The notes below the pieces were generated by a model, which saw only the letters and a program-made list of their open reading frames with translations, was not told where the DNA came from and made no database searches. 64,000 nt of DNA. Origin: Eimeria praecox (Eukaryota). Every line of letters begins with the position of its first letter. Positions within the stretch are counted from its first letter, which is position 1. Shown piece by piece: positions 52,601 to 63,625 of the stretch. The position numbers and the translations under genes were made by a program. The stretch is from contig OY986946.1 of the NCBI GenBank assembly GCA_963920595.1, positions 1,860,001 through 1,924,000 of the forward strand, read 5' to 3'.

Positions 52601-54321
52601 ACCATGATTCCCCTCCTTCAGACCCACCTGCACCGTCACGAACGCCCGACCCTCCATCCTCCCTCACCCTGGACGTGGACCCACTGACCCCTCAGCGATG
52701 GGCTGACGCGTACCCCCTCTGCCCCCACTTCAGTACGGCCTTTGCGGCCGCCAAGCAGCAAGACGGCGCTGAAGTCCCACACGAGCTGCAAGGCCGCCGT
52801 TATACCTTCCGGTTCCACCACCCCTATCTGCACATCTGCATTCACGGACTTTGGCGAATATGCGTTCCCTCCTTGCCCGAGTTCCTCTCCCATCTCCTCT
52901 ACCGCCACCACGACCATGTCACTGCGGGCCACCGTGGCCAGAAGAAGACCTTTCTTTCCCTCAGTAAGCTTTATTACTGGCCTGGCATGCGTGCGTATAC
53001 CACTGCCTACGTGGAGTCTTGCGTGCAGTGTCGCGCGTCTAAAGCCCTCTCCCAAAAGCCGGCCGGTCTCCTCCAACCCCTCCTAGTCCCCTCTCGCCGC
53101 TGGAGCCATGTTAGCCTTGACTTCATCACTGACCTCCCACCCACCCCCCGCGGCCACGACTCCATCCTTGTCCTCGTTGACTCCCTTAGTAAAATGGCCC
53201 ATTTTATTCCAACCAAAAAGACAGTGTCGGCCGCGGAAACCGTTGAGCTCCTCGCCGACCGCCTAATCCGCTACCATGGATTCCCTGACGTTCTCATTTC
53301 GGACCGCGACCCTCGCTTTCAGTCTCTCGTATGGGAACAGCTTTGCCACCGGTTCCATATCAAGCGCGCCATGTCTTCTGCATATCATCCGCAATCTGAC
53401 GGGCAGACCGAGCGCGTCAATCGTACGTTGGAGCAAATGCTGCGCACTTATATTCAGTCCGACGAGCGCGAGTGGGAGCGCCTCCTGCCGGCGCTCGAGC
53501 TCGCTTACAATACCACAAGCCACTCGTCTACCGAACTTAGCCCCTTCGAGGTCATGATCGGTCAGAACCCTATCACTGCCGCTGACCTCGATGTTGTTGG
53601 AAACCTTGCTCCCACCCTCACCCCCCCCATGACTAAGCTATTCCAGCAGCTTTGCGATCGCGCTCGCGGCCACATTCTTCGTGCCAAGTGGCAACAGAAG
53701 CTCCACGCAGATGCCCACCGCCGAGATGTCCAATATTCCCCTGGAGACCTGGTATGGATCAGTAGCCGCCACCTTCCCCCTCTCAATCACTGTTCTAAGT
53801 TTGAACCACGCTTCCGCGGCCCCTTCCCCATCATTGACCGGGTTGGGAAGGTCGCCTATCGAGTCGCCCTACCCCCCACTTATACTTGTCATAACGTCTT
53901 CCACGTGTCACAGCTTGTCCCGGATCGCCCACGTGACCCACAGATGACCTCCAAGGAGGCGGCCGTCGGTTGGCTTCCCCTCACCGACCCGGAAGGTCGC
54001 CCACCAGATGTCTATGAAGTTGATTATATCCTTGCCCAACGCGGCCTCGGCCCATCTACACAATACCTCGTTAAGTGGCGCGGCTATCCCGAAGACCAAG
54101 CGACCTGGGAGCCTGCTGCCCACCTCACTAACTGCCCCGCCCTCCTCCGAGCCTGGCGTCGTCAGCTCCGCAAGACGCAGCGCTCTCACTCTACAGTTCC
54201 CTCCGCCGCCCCCCCTGACATTCCTCCTGTCCCCGAACAGCCCTCCCCTTCCTCGCCAGGGAGGGAAGTGGAGCGGCCTTCACCCGGCAGCCGCTCCAAC
54301 AGTAATACACAACCTATATAG
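49651..54321 (+). CDS. pol: Retrotransposon Pol (protease, RT, RNase H, integrase with GPY/F module, chromodomain), in the -1 frame relative to gag
   Basis: LLDTGA (~50203), YLDD (~51610), LYTDAS...QELLA...YTDH...VADALSR, HDHVTAGH..CVQC, DFIT..SDRD..GQTER, RFRGPFPI (~53820), and YEVDYIL...YLVKWRGYPEDQATWEP (~54013-54115). The frame is open from 49603; the start given is the inferred frameshift point. Confidence 0.95.
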   Translation, partial: LAGLDVTGDERARQIKRTDGKLCLAATGPNAIPVSPDWRQKLLPKKKLAQQKEEVERTPSAAAGNFAPSWTGNERIGTDNSGKGDPAQERTREVSRQETSQQKAAERAADLHDNGGKGDPAQERTREVSRQETSQQKAAERAADLPWWHEGMLPELTHEYHGSLCGTGKTAVLQLEIVGQECEGLLDTGASRSFISPAAVERLGLRVRILPEACSFTVANGEVLHIDRFVPRLSMLCGGECFTGDFLVGPIPYDVILGIDWLVNHKVAWYFQSDKLRTYVNGRWCDLPVQRKELRPPADASTTTKPAKSTADLAYEALAQQVARMTAEEAATLLRPPPKRYKSRHRAGARVQIKDLLREARHNTANMGQALEGLHFIAVLPETKPDRVVHVPLERQGPLLCAIVEHHQASVCEPHAKSADAVVSERQDTEDSPWPTAKLTYTEFDSWSQSPAALRLPPQILTVLQQHRLVFPDSLPDGLPPKRPYDHRILLLPGKLPTKAPIYKMPPEQLAHHTKEIARLSAKGWIGPTYSPICAPTIMVDKHDDGSGERKMRMVVNYQALNALTIAPEFPMPTVHTILEMLGGATYFSTLDLEAGFHQIRMAKEDRWKTAFRSVQGLFEYKVMPFGLKGAPATFQATINAYLQPLLGHGVIAYLDDVLIYSPTLDTHTALLQQVLSIFLTHQFYPRLSKCKFAQEELTYLGYTIGAAGIKPSADKVEAILLWPDVLTNETQVRQFLGTVNYCRMFMGPRFADTARPLVELTRKGTSFVWGPSHTAAVRQLKRLLAEYTTLQVPDPTRPYTLYTDASGYALGAVLEQDGKPVGFLSQVLSPAQQRYSIYDQELLALVTALDKWRHLLRAAKVTAYTDHQALTYLQRINTQKPLRGRTARWLDFLAEFPDLTISYLQGTRNTVADALSRHPQHALPTHTPPPLSSLTSASSSKTPPPARYRTRANPRDFRAEAGLRPSRSRRTATPSSPPAALTDHDSPPSDPPAPSRTPDPPSSLTLDVDPLTPQRWADAYPLCPHFSTAFAAAKQQDGAEVPHELQGRRYTFRFHHPYLHICIHGLWRICVPSLPEFLSHLLYRHHDHVTAGHRGQKKTFLSLSKLYYWPGMRAYTTAYVESCVQCRASKALSQKPAGLLQPLLVPSRRWSHVSLDFITDLPPTPRGHDSILVLVDSLSKMAHFIPTKKTVSAAETVELLADRLIRYHGFPDVLISDRDPRFQSLVWEQLCHRFHIKRAMSSAYHPQSDGQTERVNRTLEQMLRTYIQSDEREWERLLPALELAYNTTSHSSTELSPFEVMIGQNPITAADLDVVGNLAPTLTPPMTKLFQQLCDRARGHILRAKWQQKLHADAHRRDVQYSPGDLVWISSRHLPPLNHCSKFEPRFRGPFPIIDRVGKVAYRVALPPTYTCHNVFHVSQLVPDRPRDPQMTSKEAAVGWLPLTDPEGRPPDVYEVDYILAQRGLGPSTQYLVKWRGYPEDQATWEPAAHLTNCPALLRAWRRQLRKTQRSHSTVPSAAPPDIPPVPEQPSPSSPGREVERPSPGSRSNSNTQPI
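49885..50087 (+). repeat. 102-bp in-frame tandem duplication upstream of the protease domain
   Basis: DN(S/G)GKGDPAQERTREVSRQETSQQKAAERAADL occurs twice, with units at 49885 and 49987. Confidence 0.93.
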
Positions 54322-54587
54322 ACAGAAGAGGAAGTCCTGAAAGCAAGACTGAGATAAGAGAAAAACGAAAGCAAAGTCCAACAGTAATACACAACCTATA
54401 TAGACAGAAGAGGAAGTCCTGAAAGCAAGACTGAGATAAGAGAAAAACGAAAGCAAAGTCCAACAGTAATACACAACCTATATAGACAGAGGAGGAAGTC
54501 CTGAAAGCAAGACTGAGATAAGAGAAAAACGAAAGCAAAGTCCAACAGTAATACACAACCTATATAGACCTGAGAGGAAGTCCTGAA

Positions 54588-54661
<74 letters not shown>

Positions 54662-54710
54662 GAGGAAGCAAAGACCAACAACCTATATCGACATGAGAGG
54701 AAGTAAGTTG
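54295..54710 (+). repeat. 82-bp tandem array (~3.6 copies), then A64, then a degenerate remnant, in the element 3' UTR
   Basis: Units start at 54295, 54377, 54459 and 54541. Poly(A) spans 54591-54654, followed by a decayed gagaaaagaggaagcaaagaccaacaacctatatcgacatgagaggaagt. Confidence 0.93.
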
Positions 54711-54730
54711 CGGAGGAAAGTTTTCATCCA

Positions 54731-54740
54731 AGGGGGAAGT
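54731..54740 (+). promoter_or_regulatory. Polypurine tract
   Basis: AGGGGGAAGT lies immediately 5' of the 3' LTR. Confidence 0.85.
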
Positions 54741-55134
54741 TGTAGTGCCTGGCACTACAATACCCCGGATTTAAGCTCCTAATTCGGCAAGAAAGAATTT
54801 AGTGAGGAGAAAACGAAAGGTCAATTAAGGTTTGCTAGTTGACTCGAAGCAGTCAACCGGCGGGGGGCTAGCTAGCTGGGGGACCTGGGGCTGGCAGCCG
54901 CTCCCGCAGCGGCGCAGCCATCCCCCCGCCCTGCACGAGCACTGCGGTGCTCGATGTGGGGACACTGTAAAACGTTAGAATAATTTAGAATATAAAAAAG
55001 TAGTTTAACGGCCTTTTATGTTTTCTTTTTAGAAACTCTAATTATTCAAAGTAGGAGCATGAATTGACCTGGTTCTAGTTTGCGACGCCAGCACCAGAGG
55101 TAGATTATGTAGCCTGAAGAGACGCGGCGCTACA
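54741..55134 (+). repeat. 3' LTR (394 bp)
   Basis: Identical by eye to 48000-48393 and followed by the TSD GAAGG. Confidence 0.97.
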
Positions 55135-58100
55135 GAAGGCACGACAGACAGGTCTATCATAGCACGTTCTTGTTCTTCCCGGTGTAGATCCGGGGGCCAT
55201 TTTGAGATGTACTGCAATGTTGGTTCGTATAGAGGTCACCAAGGGACCAGGTTATGACAAGATTAAGAAAGCAAAGCAAGGGAGGCTATTGATAGAGCAA
55301 TGCATAGAGAGGGAGCATTGTGGTGAGCAGACGCTTCACGGCGGATTGGGTAATTTTATATACCAAGAGTTCATCGCAGGTTTATTCCTTCGAATGAATT
55401 AAGCAGTCGCTGGTTGAGTCGCGGGAAGAGAGCCATCAGGTGAAGGGGTGGAATTCGCCGAGTTGATAAGGCAATGATAGGGCACTAACGCTTCAAGCAG
55501 CTCCACCCTCCTCGGCAGTGTAGGAAAAAGAAGGACCTGGAAATCATTCGAAAATTGAATTTATGGGTATTATGGCAGTGAATGTCAGCCTCGTCGAGAA
55601 AAGAAAAGAAGCGAGAATAGGCTGTTGCGAACGAATCGGGCATTCACACAGTCGGTAGACCAACCGAGTGGCCCATCTGCCTCTTTTGCAATAAAGGAAA
55701 TCCAATAATTTGCTGTTGCATGCACATTAAAAAGCTAAGCCGCCCGAACAACCCAGCCTGGGGAACAAACAAAGCGATGAATAAGACGCGCTGGCCCCAC
55801 ACAACATGCAGATCCTCCAAGAGTCAACTGTGTGCTTACTCAAGTCTGGATAATCGCCAGGTGTTGGAGTTCGTTGGCACAACCTTCTAAGTGGATCTGA
55901 TGCAGTAGATTGTACCGAATGTATGCAGCGGAACTATCCATTCATATGCCACCCTCCCAACCTCGGTGACTCCGCGTGGCCTATGGGAAGCAAGCCACAG
56001 TCAGTGAAAATATGGTCGTAAATGCATGCATAATTCAGATGCAGGCGATAGTACAATGGGACGGTACTTCAGCTGTAGGTCAACCCGCCACGGCATAAAC
56101 TCGCATATGCCTGTATACACCGTGGAATATCCAGTGGCGCATGCTTACCCCAGAAGACACTGTAGAGGTGCCGCGGAACAACGCGAGAGCTTGCATACCA
56201 GCAATCCCAGAAGCATCTGAATTCTGGTAATAAAAGTGGAATCGTGCCTTTACCAAAAGGACTGAGGACGGTCGAGCGTAATTTACAGGCGCTGTTAAAA
56301 AGTACGAATAAATATATGCACTCCTTTGTAACGGTCGTGCATGCCCTTTTCCAAGAGATTCCATCCAATTGAGACCCGAAGAGAAACACGAGTGGGCACA
56401 ATTGAAGGAAGAGTTCTTATCAAGCAGAAAGAAATTCTGCAGCGTGTCTTCCCCCGCTGGACGCCCAATGCACACCGTCCAACTCACACCCGGCACAGCC
56501 CCAAGCAGATTCTGAAGCACAGGCAACCCCACACTCCAAGGGGGTAACTGAACCACAGGCAGACGAACTGATAAGAAGCGGCAAAAGTTAGACGCCAACT
56601 AGTGCGTTCGGATACAATCGGGTGACGGTGAAGAGGAGGAGCCAGAGGTGGCGAAAGAACGCCGACTTCAGGCGACTAAATAATATTTCAGTGGAATAGA
56701 TTGTTCCGATGCACCTGATTTACCAATTGCCGAACACTTTGCAGGTTCGAGTAGTCGATTTATCGTATGAATTCGTAGACGCGCCCTTGCAGATCCCCGC
56801 GGCAGGCACAAGACTGCGCTTCATGTCAGAACCCGTGACCTAGTGTATATAGTGTATATGCGTCATTTGTCGGCTTGTCAACGCAAATGCTGAGTTGCAT
56901 TGACAAGTTTGTACAATTTCGTAGGCCAGCCCATGAACGTAAACTGTTACTTACATGGAAAATGCTCACGAGCCCAGCTGGCACGTCCAAGAGCGTCTGC
57001 AGCCCTGCGCCATGCTGTGTAAATCCAGCGTGGGAAAGAGTGGTTCCTCAAAGAGCAAATCTGTTCGTTTTCTCTGCAGCTAGATAGGCTCTTAGAGCTC
57101 AACGGCTCTTCAGAAAGAATCGAAACAGATTCGTGGAAGGTAGAGGCAGCTGCGCCCAGTGGCCACAGCGGCAACTGGCCAATGGACAGCCACTCTAACC
57201 GTTGCGCTCTTGCACGCGAACGGACATCCCAAAGCTCGCCAGACCGGCTCATGCTACTACCATTGCAAACCTACTGTTGCTTCCATCGTCGCCACCCAAA
57301 CGGTTCTACCGAGTACTTTCCCGAGTGCTATTTGGACAGATTTAGGGGGATACGCCTCCACTGCGCACGTGGCATCGCCTTCACTATTTCGGCTCTTTTA
57401 TTTCGGCAAGCCTTTCTGGCAGCCGACTCGATGGCACAGCCGTTCGGGTGATGGCCTCTCAGAAAGCAGAGGAATCCGAAAAGCACGAAATAATCGCCGG
57501 GTATTAACAGCATTTCACGGGATCGGAAACACCAGTATCCGGTATGAAAAGAAGAGATATATGAGGTCAGGTGCAAATAGAGAAGTCCCTGCATCGCTGT
57601 TGATGCTGGGGCTTCACCGTTCAAACAGGCAATCAATGTCGGATAAAATTAACAAAGAATTTTCAAGACTCCGGCAGCGAAGCCATTGTTCAGTGCTTTT
57701 TCCAGCTCATGCAGTTCGACTGGAGAACCAAGTATACCGCTGACGCCCTCCCCAGAAGTTCTACTGAAATAGTGCGGACATTTGCCTGGAAAGTGAACCG
57801 GGCCTGCGCCATGCATTCGCTCTAACTGGACCGTCGACCGATGCATCAACGGTAGCCGAAACAGAAGGGGTGCGCGTTTCACTCTTTCCGCTGCAGCTGC
57901 AGTTGCGCTTCATGAGTAGAAGGCAGCTGGTCTTTAGATCTTTCAGGGGCGGAGGGATTCTCTGTGTTACAACGTTCCGAAGCATCCCTCAATCACAATG
58001 GTCGTTGCGTAACCGCTGTCATTCGTTGGGAAATTTCAGTGGGTTGACCCCAATACACTGTTACGTTGCAGCAAAAGAATGCTTGTCCTTGAAGACAGCG

Positions 58101-59244
58101 GCTAAATTACTCAATATAAAAAACCGTCTTGCGCTGCACCGTCCGTCGGCCGCTGTGGCTGGCAGTGGTGGCCAACAAACCGCCCTGGACAATTATGCGG
58201 CCCCCTGATTGTTTAAATATTTAGTAATTTAACTGCTGCCTCCTTATAGGAGCATTTTTCCGTTGCAACTGAACTGTTGATGGATTTCCACTCACTGAAA
58301 TCTTCCCGGCAAATGACAGCTGTTTCTCAACGATTAGCATGACTGTGGAATGCTTCGTAGCGATGTAACACAGAAACTCCCTCTAATCCTGAACGATCTA
58401 ATTATCAGCTGCCTTCTACTCATGAAGCGCAACGGTAGCCGCAGCGGAAGGACTGAACGGCTCAATCCTTCCGTTCCGACTACCGCCGACGCATTAGACG
58501 AAGGTCCAGCTAAAAGGGATGCATAGCGCAGACCCGGTGCATTTTTTTAAGCAAATGGCCTCACTATTTCAGTAGCACTAGAACTAAAATATATTACTAC
58601 TAATATCGCTTGGGGGTTGAGCCTGTTTGCTGCATGTGGGCACCCCTGCGTGTCTGGGCAGTCCTTGTGGACCACCCACTCGGGGACGCCACGATTCCGC
58701 TGCGAAAACAAGCCTTCCTTTACAGAAATAATGTGGAGATGAGAACAGTGCATTGAAGGTGCAGGTAGAAGAAGGCTGGAGAGGTGTGCACCCCACCAAA
58801 AGTATCTAGACAGGAGTTCTCCGGAGGCGGCCTCCGACTGCCCGCTGGTCACCCCCGTCCTTGCTGCAACTTCTCCCGAAGGCGAGGCATGCGCTGTGCG
58901 TCTGAATCCCACAAACCATTAAGTTGCATTGCAACGCCTTTGAAAGGTTGAAGTTCGCCAGGAAAATATCGGAGGTCCGCAATTGGTGCCGAGTCACATC
59001 CGGCATAGACAGGCCTCGAGGCTAGGCAACCGATGAAAGAAAACTCAAGAGAGAGGACTGGAAAGACGGACTCCCAGTAGCCAAAAAAATATTTGATTAA
59101 TCTGTTTTATCTGGAAGGCGTTCGTAAAAGGTAAGACTGATGGTTGAAAGTCTTCTCACTGGATGCCGAGAGAAGAACACCACTTGGCAGTTAGTACTGG
59201 GGTGCCCAACGCATATACGTGCGCTGCAGAATCTATTGGACAGC

Positions 59245-61939
59245 ATGGCAATATCAACTACAGGCAGAGCCCTGCTTCTAGCAGTGGCAACAGCATTGGT
59301 GCTCCTCTCCACAAATGGGAGCGCACTACAGAGTAAGCCTTCCCTGGAATAGCGTTGAGCATGCTGCCTAAATTCCACAGCCCTTGTCTTTTGATTGGTT
59401 GCGCATAGATCAATTTTTCCTTCTGCATTACAATTCCCCTCAGGCATGTCACAAAACTGGTTCCGGCGAAAGCTACGTGCGGTAAGTTGTAGACGACTTG
59501 GATGTGCTCCTCAAATTGAGTTTTACTTCAGTCAGTGTATTACCCCAAACTAATTGGATATGTATTCCTGCGCGCAGGCTGGCAACAGGATGCAGTGGAT
59601 GAAATCGCCTGCGGTAAGTTCATGACGCAGAAACATATTGAAGCTAAGCAAGCAAGAAAGACGATTCGTTACAAACCGCTGTGTGCGTACGGACTGCGCA
59701 GCCAACCCCTTTGGCAGATCTATCTCAGATAAGTTCCCTTTCGCAGTTGATTGCCCGCCTGAATGTAGCAGGTTTCAAGGGCCGCCGGACAGAAGCGGAG
59801 TTTATATCGATCTTTAACAGTGAGTGAATGCTCGTATTATTGCATTCATTCTGAGACGAGAAACCGCCGGCCAAGCATCTTGGTGAGCTGAGTGAACTGT
59901 GTTGTCAGGCCTGACGACGTGCTTTAAGAACTTTTCCCCGCCGCCAGGTCTTGTACTGGACTACACGCCGCGTCCAGCAATGAGTCCAGATGACCTCATT
60001 AGAAGCTTCTTCAAATTTCTTCCACCAAGCGAGTTCATCCAAGGCCCCGGAGCGAAGGAACCCTCTCAAGGCGGCTTAGTTGGAATGATTTCAGATGAAG
60101 CTGCGGCGGCAAACACTGAACTTGCGCTGACAGCAGAGGGACATCCACCAGAGTCAAGACCTCTCAGGACAACGCATTACGCTAGCAGTGCAAAACACGT
60201 TCTTGCACACATTATCAAGAGCATTTATTCACACTTCCGCGGCCGAACATGCCAGCAAGCAGCAAAACGCCTTGATGGAGCTGCTCGTTTTCTTCTGCGT
60301 AGCAACTCCAAAGCTGCTGTGATGGAGTATCTCCTGGTCTATTCCCTAATTCAGGGAAACGCCGCATCTGCTGTCAAATTCCAGAATACCCAGAGCTCAC
60401 TTGAGGATATTCGTGATGATCAGCCACAAGTTCCACATACTCCTCACGTTGCAACAAACAGCTCGCCAGAAGCTGGCATATACAACCCCGTCCTGCTCGT
60501 CTCCTACTTTGACGTTGGTACGGGGGTGGTACGCTGGGGCGCAAAGCTAGATTATCTTGCATGGCTATAGTGTTTTTCTGTCGATAATACAATCTCGACA
60601 TGTCCTGCTGGCTGTGGCTGCAATGTGCATGCATGCGTTTTCAGCAAAAGCGGGCTATACAAATGAAATTAAGAAGTTCGAAAATTACCTGAGAAAGCCC
60701 ACAGACGAAAGGACTGTCGGCGCCATGCTCTTTGGCAACTCACTCGCAAATCCTATCACACATGGGAAGATTACAGAACTCGGCGCAGCTGTTGGCGTTG
60801 ACGAGGAGCTTTTGCAGAAGGTCGTCGAGTGGATTGGCCTCTTGGCGATGGACTCATCAGATATAGTTTCAATCCTCATGCCGGATGCCCCAAATGTTGC
60901 CTCCTACCTTCGTGGCGTTTCCTACTTCGCATTTGAGAACGTCTTCAAGCAGAGTAGTGAGCATGGGGTATTCCTCTGGCCCTGAGCACCAGTCTGAGTT
61001 AAGCATCCCGTTTTGTCAAGCAAGCATGCGCATGTCCGGATTGCGGTGCAGGCTCATACGTTATGCCGGGACTGCCATGCGGCGGTAACCTGACTGGCAG
61101 CATGCTGGAAACTCTGACAGGGAAGAAACTTGGCAAGGAATACTTTGTCTTCAAATATACGACGCCGTTGCAGGGTAGTTCAGTTCTTCCTCAAAGCGTG
61201 TGGACGCCAGACGCAGAATCCCAAGTTGCGCGGTATCTCAAAGCCAACGAGCAGGCAAAGGGAAATTACTTGTTCGCCCAACTACCCCGCGTTTGCGTGC
61301 GCTCTTCTCTCTACAAAAAATGCTCGAAGAAGCCTCCTTCAGATACAAAAACCAACGAGCAGCTGCTCTGCCACTTCATCAACACCAATCAGAGCCTCTT
61401 CTTCGAAGTCGACGGTGAGGTTCAGCTAGTCCTTAATGTGGTGTTGGTTTGATCGTTTTTTAAGTGTGCATCAGTTAGGTTTACAAGTAACGGGCAAGGC
61501 AATGCATTGCTTTGCAGGAAGGGGGGTCGACGCCTTGCGCAAGAGCATGCTCCAAGGCCGTTTCTCTGGAGGCACTGTTTCAAGGAAGCGCAATGCGCTT
61601 ATTCGGAGTATGCAGGCAATCCGCCGCTTCTTCTTCAACAAAACAACTGCCGCATTGGTTCTGGGTGTAGGTGTCGGAGCGTTGTGTACAGCCTCAGGCT
61701 TGGCGGGGATTTTGGGTGGTTCAGTGTGCGCAGTTGCAGCGATGGGAACGAGCTCATTTTTTCGCAACTTCTTCGCCGTCACGCCATTTGGAACCAAGCC
61801 TTCTGTGCCGCTCAGCCTTGGCGCATTCCTAGCAGGCGAATTCCAGCGAAACATTGACATTACGTCTGCTATGCTGAGCACGCGTAGGATCCAGAGCGAG
61901 CACAGGAGACGCATGGAAGAAATGCCAGCAGGTCTGTAG
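59245..61939 (+). CDS. Secreted or membrane protein of unknown family, 8 exons, ~646 aa
   Basis: Exons 59245-59332, 59444-59481, 59578-59613, 59747-59819, 59909-60517, 60645-60956, 61052-61414 and 61518-61939 are all GT-AG and phase-consistent (1941 nt). Signal-peptide-like MAISTTGRALLLAVATALVLLSTNGSA, and a C-terminal Gly-rich hydrophobic segment. Confidence 0.75.
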
Positions 61940-63625
61940 CCGGCTCGTCAACAGGCGAATTTCTTAATTTGTTTCTTAATCATTTAAAAGTAATCGGCTT
62001 TTGCTGCCCCACTCAAGGGCCAGTGCGCACTTGGCATTATAGTGCCCTTGTGTGCCACAAGCAATCGGAGGTGAAATGACAAGGAGCTCAGGGGCTCTTG
62101 GACGCTGCAAGTTTGAATTTGTTAAGCCCTTTGCAACAGGGTAGAGAATTCAAAAGCATAATGTGAGCAGTAGCTGTAGACTTACATGGGGAGCAACTCC
62201 GTTAACTAAGTTCATGTTGGCACCAGCTGCAGCAGGAAGGCAGCAGGAAGGGCGCCGCACATCCACTCTCAGACGTTGAAAGGAACGACCACGATAGAGA
62301 CGCTGCACATGAAATCTAAATTGTAGAGTTCTCAACGCAAAAAGGTAACGCTATTCCTAGAGCGGTAGGCTCGACCGAGTAACTAGGTGGGTAGCGCGGC
62401 CGGTCTAACGTGCAGGAAACGCCCACCCCTAGCGGCGTGCTCTTCAATATTGCAATTTGCAGTTCCCGCCGGCCTCAGAAGGCAGTTGTCCATGCCTGAG
62501 AAAACGGGTTTGCGCTGCGCGGTCCGTCGGCCGCTGTGGCTGGCAGTGGTGGCCAACAAACCGCCCTGGACAATTATGCGGCCCCCTGGTTGTTTAAATA
62601 TTTAGTAATTTAACTGCTGCCTCCTTATAGGAGCATTTTTCCGTTGCAACTGAACTGTTGATGGATTTCCACTCACTGAAATCTTCCCGGCAAATGACAG
62701 CTGTTTCTCAACGATTAGCATGACTGTGGAATGCTTCGTAGCGATGTAACACAGAAACTCCCTCTAATCCTGAACGATCTAATTATCAGCTGCCTTCTAC
62801 TCATGAAGCGCAACGGTAGCCGCAGCGGAAGGACTGAACGGCTCAATCCTTCCGTTCCGACTACCGCCGACGCATTAGACGAAGGTCCAGCTAGAAGGGA
62901 TGCATAGCGCAGACCCGGTGCATTTTTTTAAGCAAATGGCCTCACTATTTCAGTAGCACTAGAACTAAAATATATTACTACTAATATCGCTTGGGGGTTG
63001 AGCCTGTTTGCTGCATGTGGGCACCCCTGCGTGTCTGGGCAGTCCTTGTGGACCACCCACTCGGGGACGCCACGATTCCGCTGCGAAAACAAGCCTTCCT
63101 TTACAGAAATAATGTGGAGATGAGAACAGTGCATTGAAGGTGCAGGTAGAAGAAGGCTGGAGAGGTGTGCACCCCACCAAAAGTATCTAGACAGGAGTTC
63201 TCCGGAGGCGGCCTCCGACTGCCCGCTGGTCACCCCCGTCCTTGCTGCAACTTCTCCCGAAGGCGAGGCATGCGCTGTGCGTCTGAATCCCACAAACCAT
63301 TAAGTTGCATTGCAACGCCTTTGAAAGGTTGAAGTTCGCCAGGAAAATATCGGAGGTCCGCAATTGGTGCCGAGTCACATCCGGCATAGACAGGCCTCGA
63401 GGCTAGGCAACCGATGAAAGAAAACTCAAGAGAGAGGACTGGAAAGACGGACTCCCAGTAGCCAAAAAAATATTTGATTAATCTGTTTTATCTGGAAGGC
63501 GTTCGTAAAAGGTAAGACTGATGGTTGAAAGTCTTCTCACTGGATGCCGAGAGAAGAACACCACTTGGCAGTTAGTACTGGGGTGCCCAACGCATATACG
63601 TGCGCTGCAGAATCTATTGGACAGC

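Larger units (their letters stand above)
48000..55134 (+). mobile_element. Full-length Ty3/Gypsy LTR retrotransposon (chromovirus), 7135 bp
   Basis: Two 394-bp LTRs (TGTAG...CTACA), TSD GAAGG at 47995-47999 and 55135-55139, PBS, PPT, and open gag and pol in PR-RT-RH-IN-chromodomain order. Confidence 0.97.

Noticed and set aside
54295..54590. CRISPR array or tandem hammerhead ribozymes
   Set aside because: Units are contiguous with no unique spacers and no cas genes, in a eukaryotic context. CTGA and GAAA words occur, but I found no CUGANGA core with supporting stems on either strand.
54591..54654. Tail of an inserted LINE, SINE or processed pseudogene
   Set aside because: No separate element body or TSD; the repeat unit resumes in decayed form after the tract.
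54186..54755. Repeated minus-strand ORFs (MYYCWTLL..., poly-Phe)
   Set aside because: By-products of the 82-bp array and the A tract.
58547..59447. Minus-strand ORFs duplicated at 62928-63828
   Set aside because: Their identity reflects the DNA duplication. The splice signals and signal peptide support the plus-strand gene.
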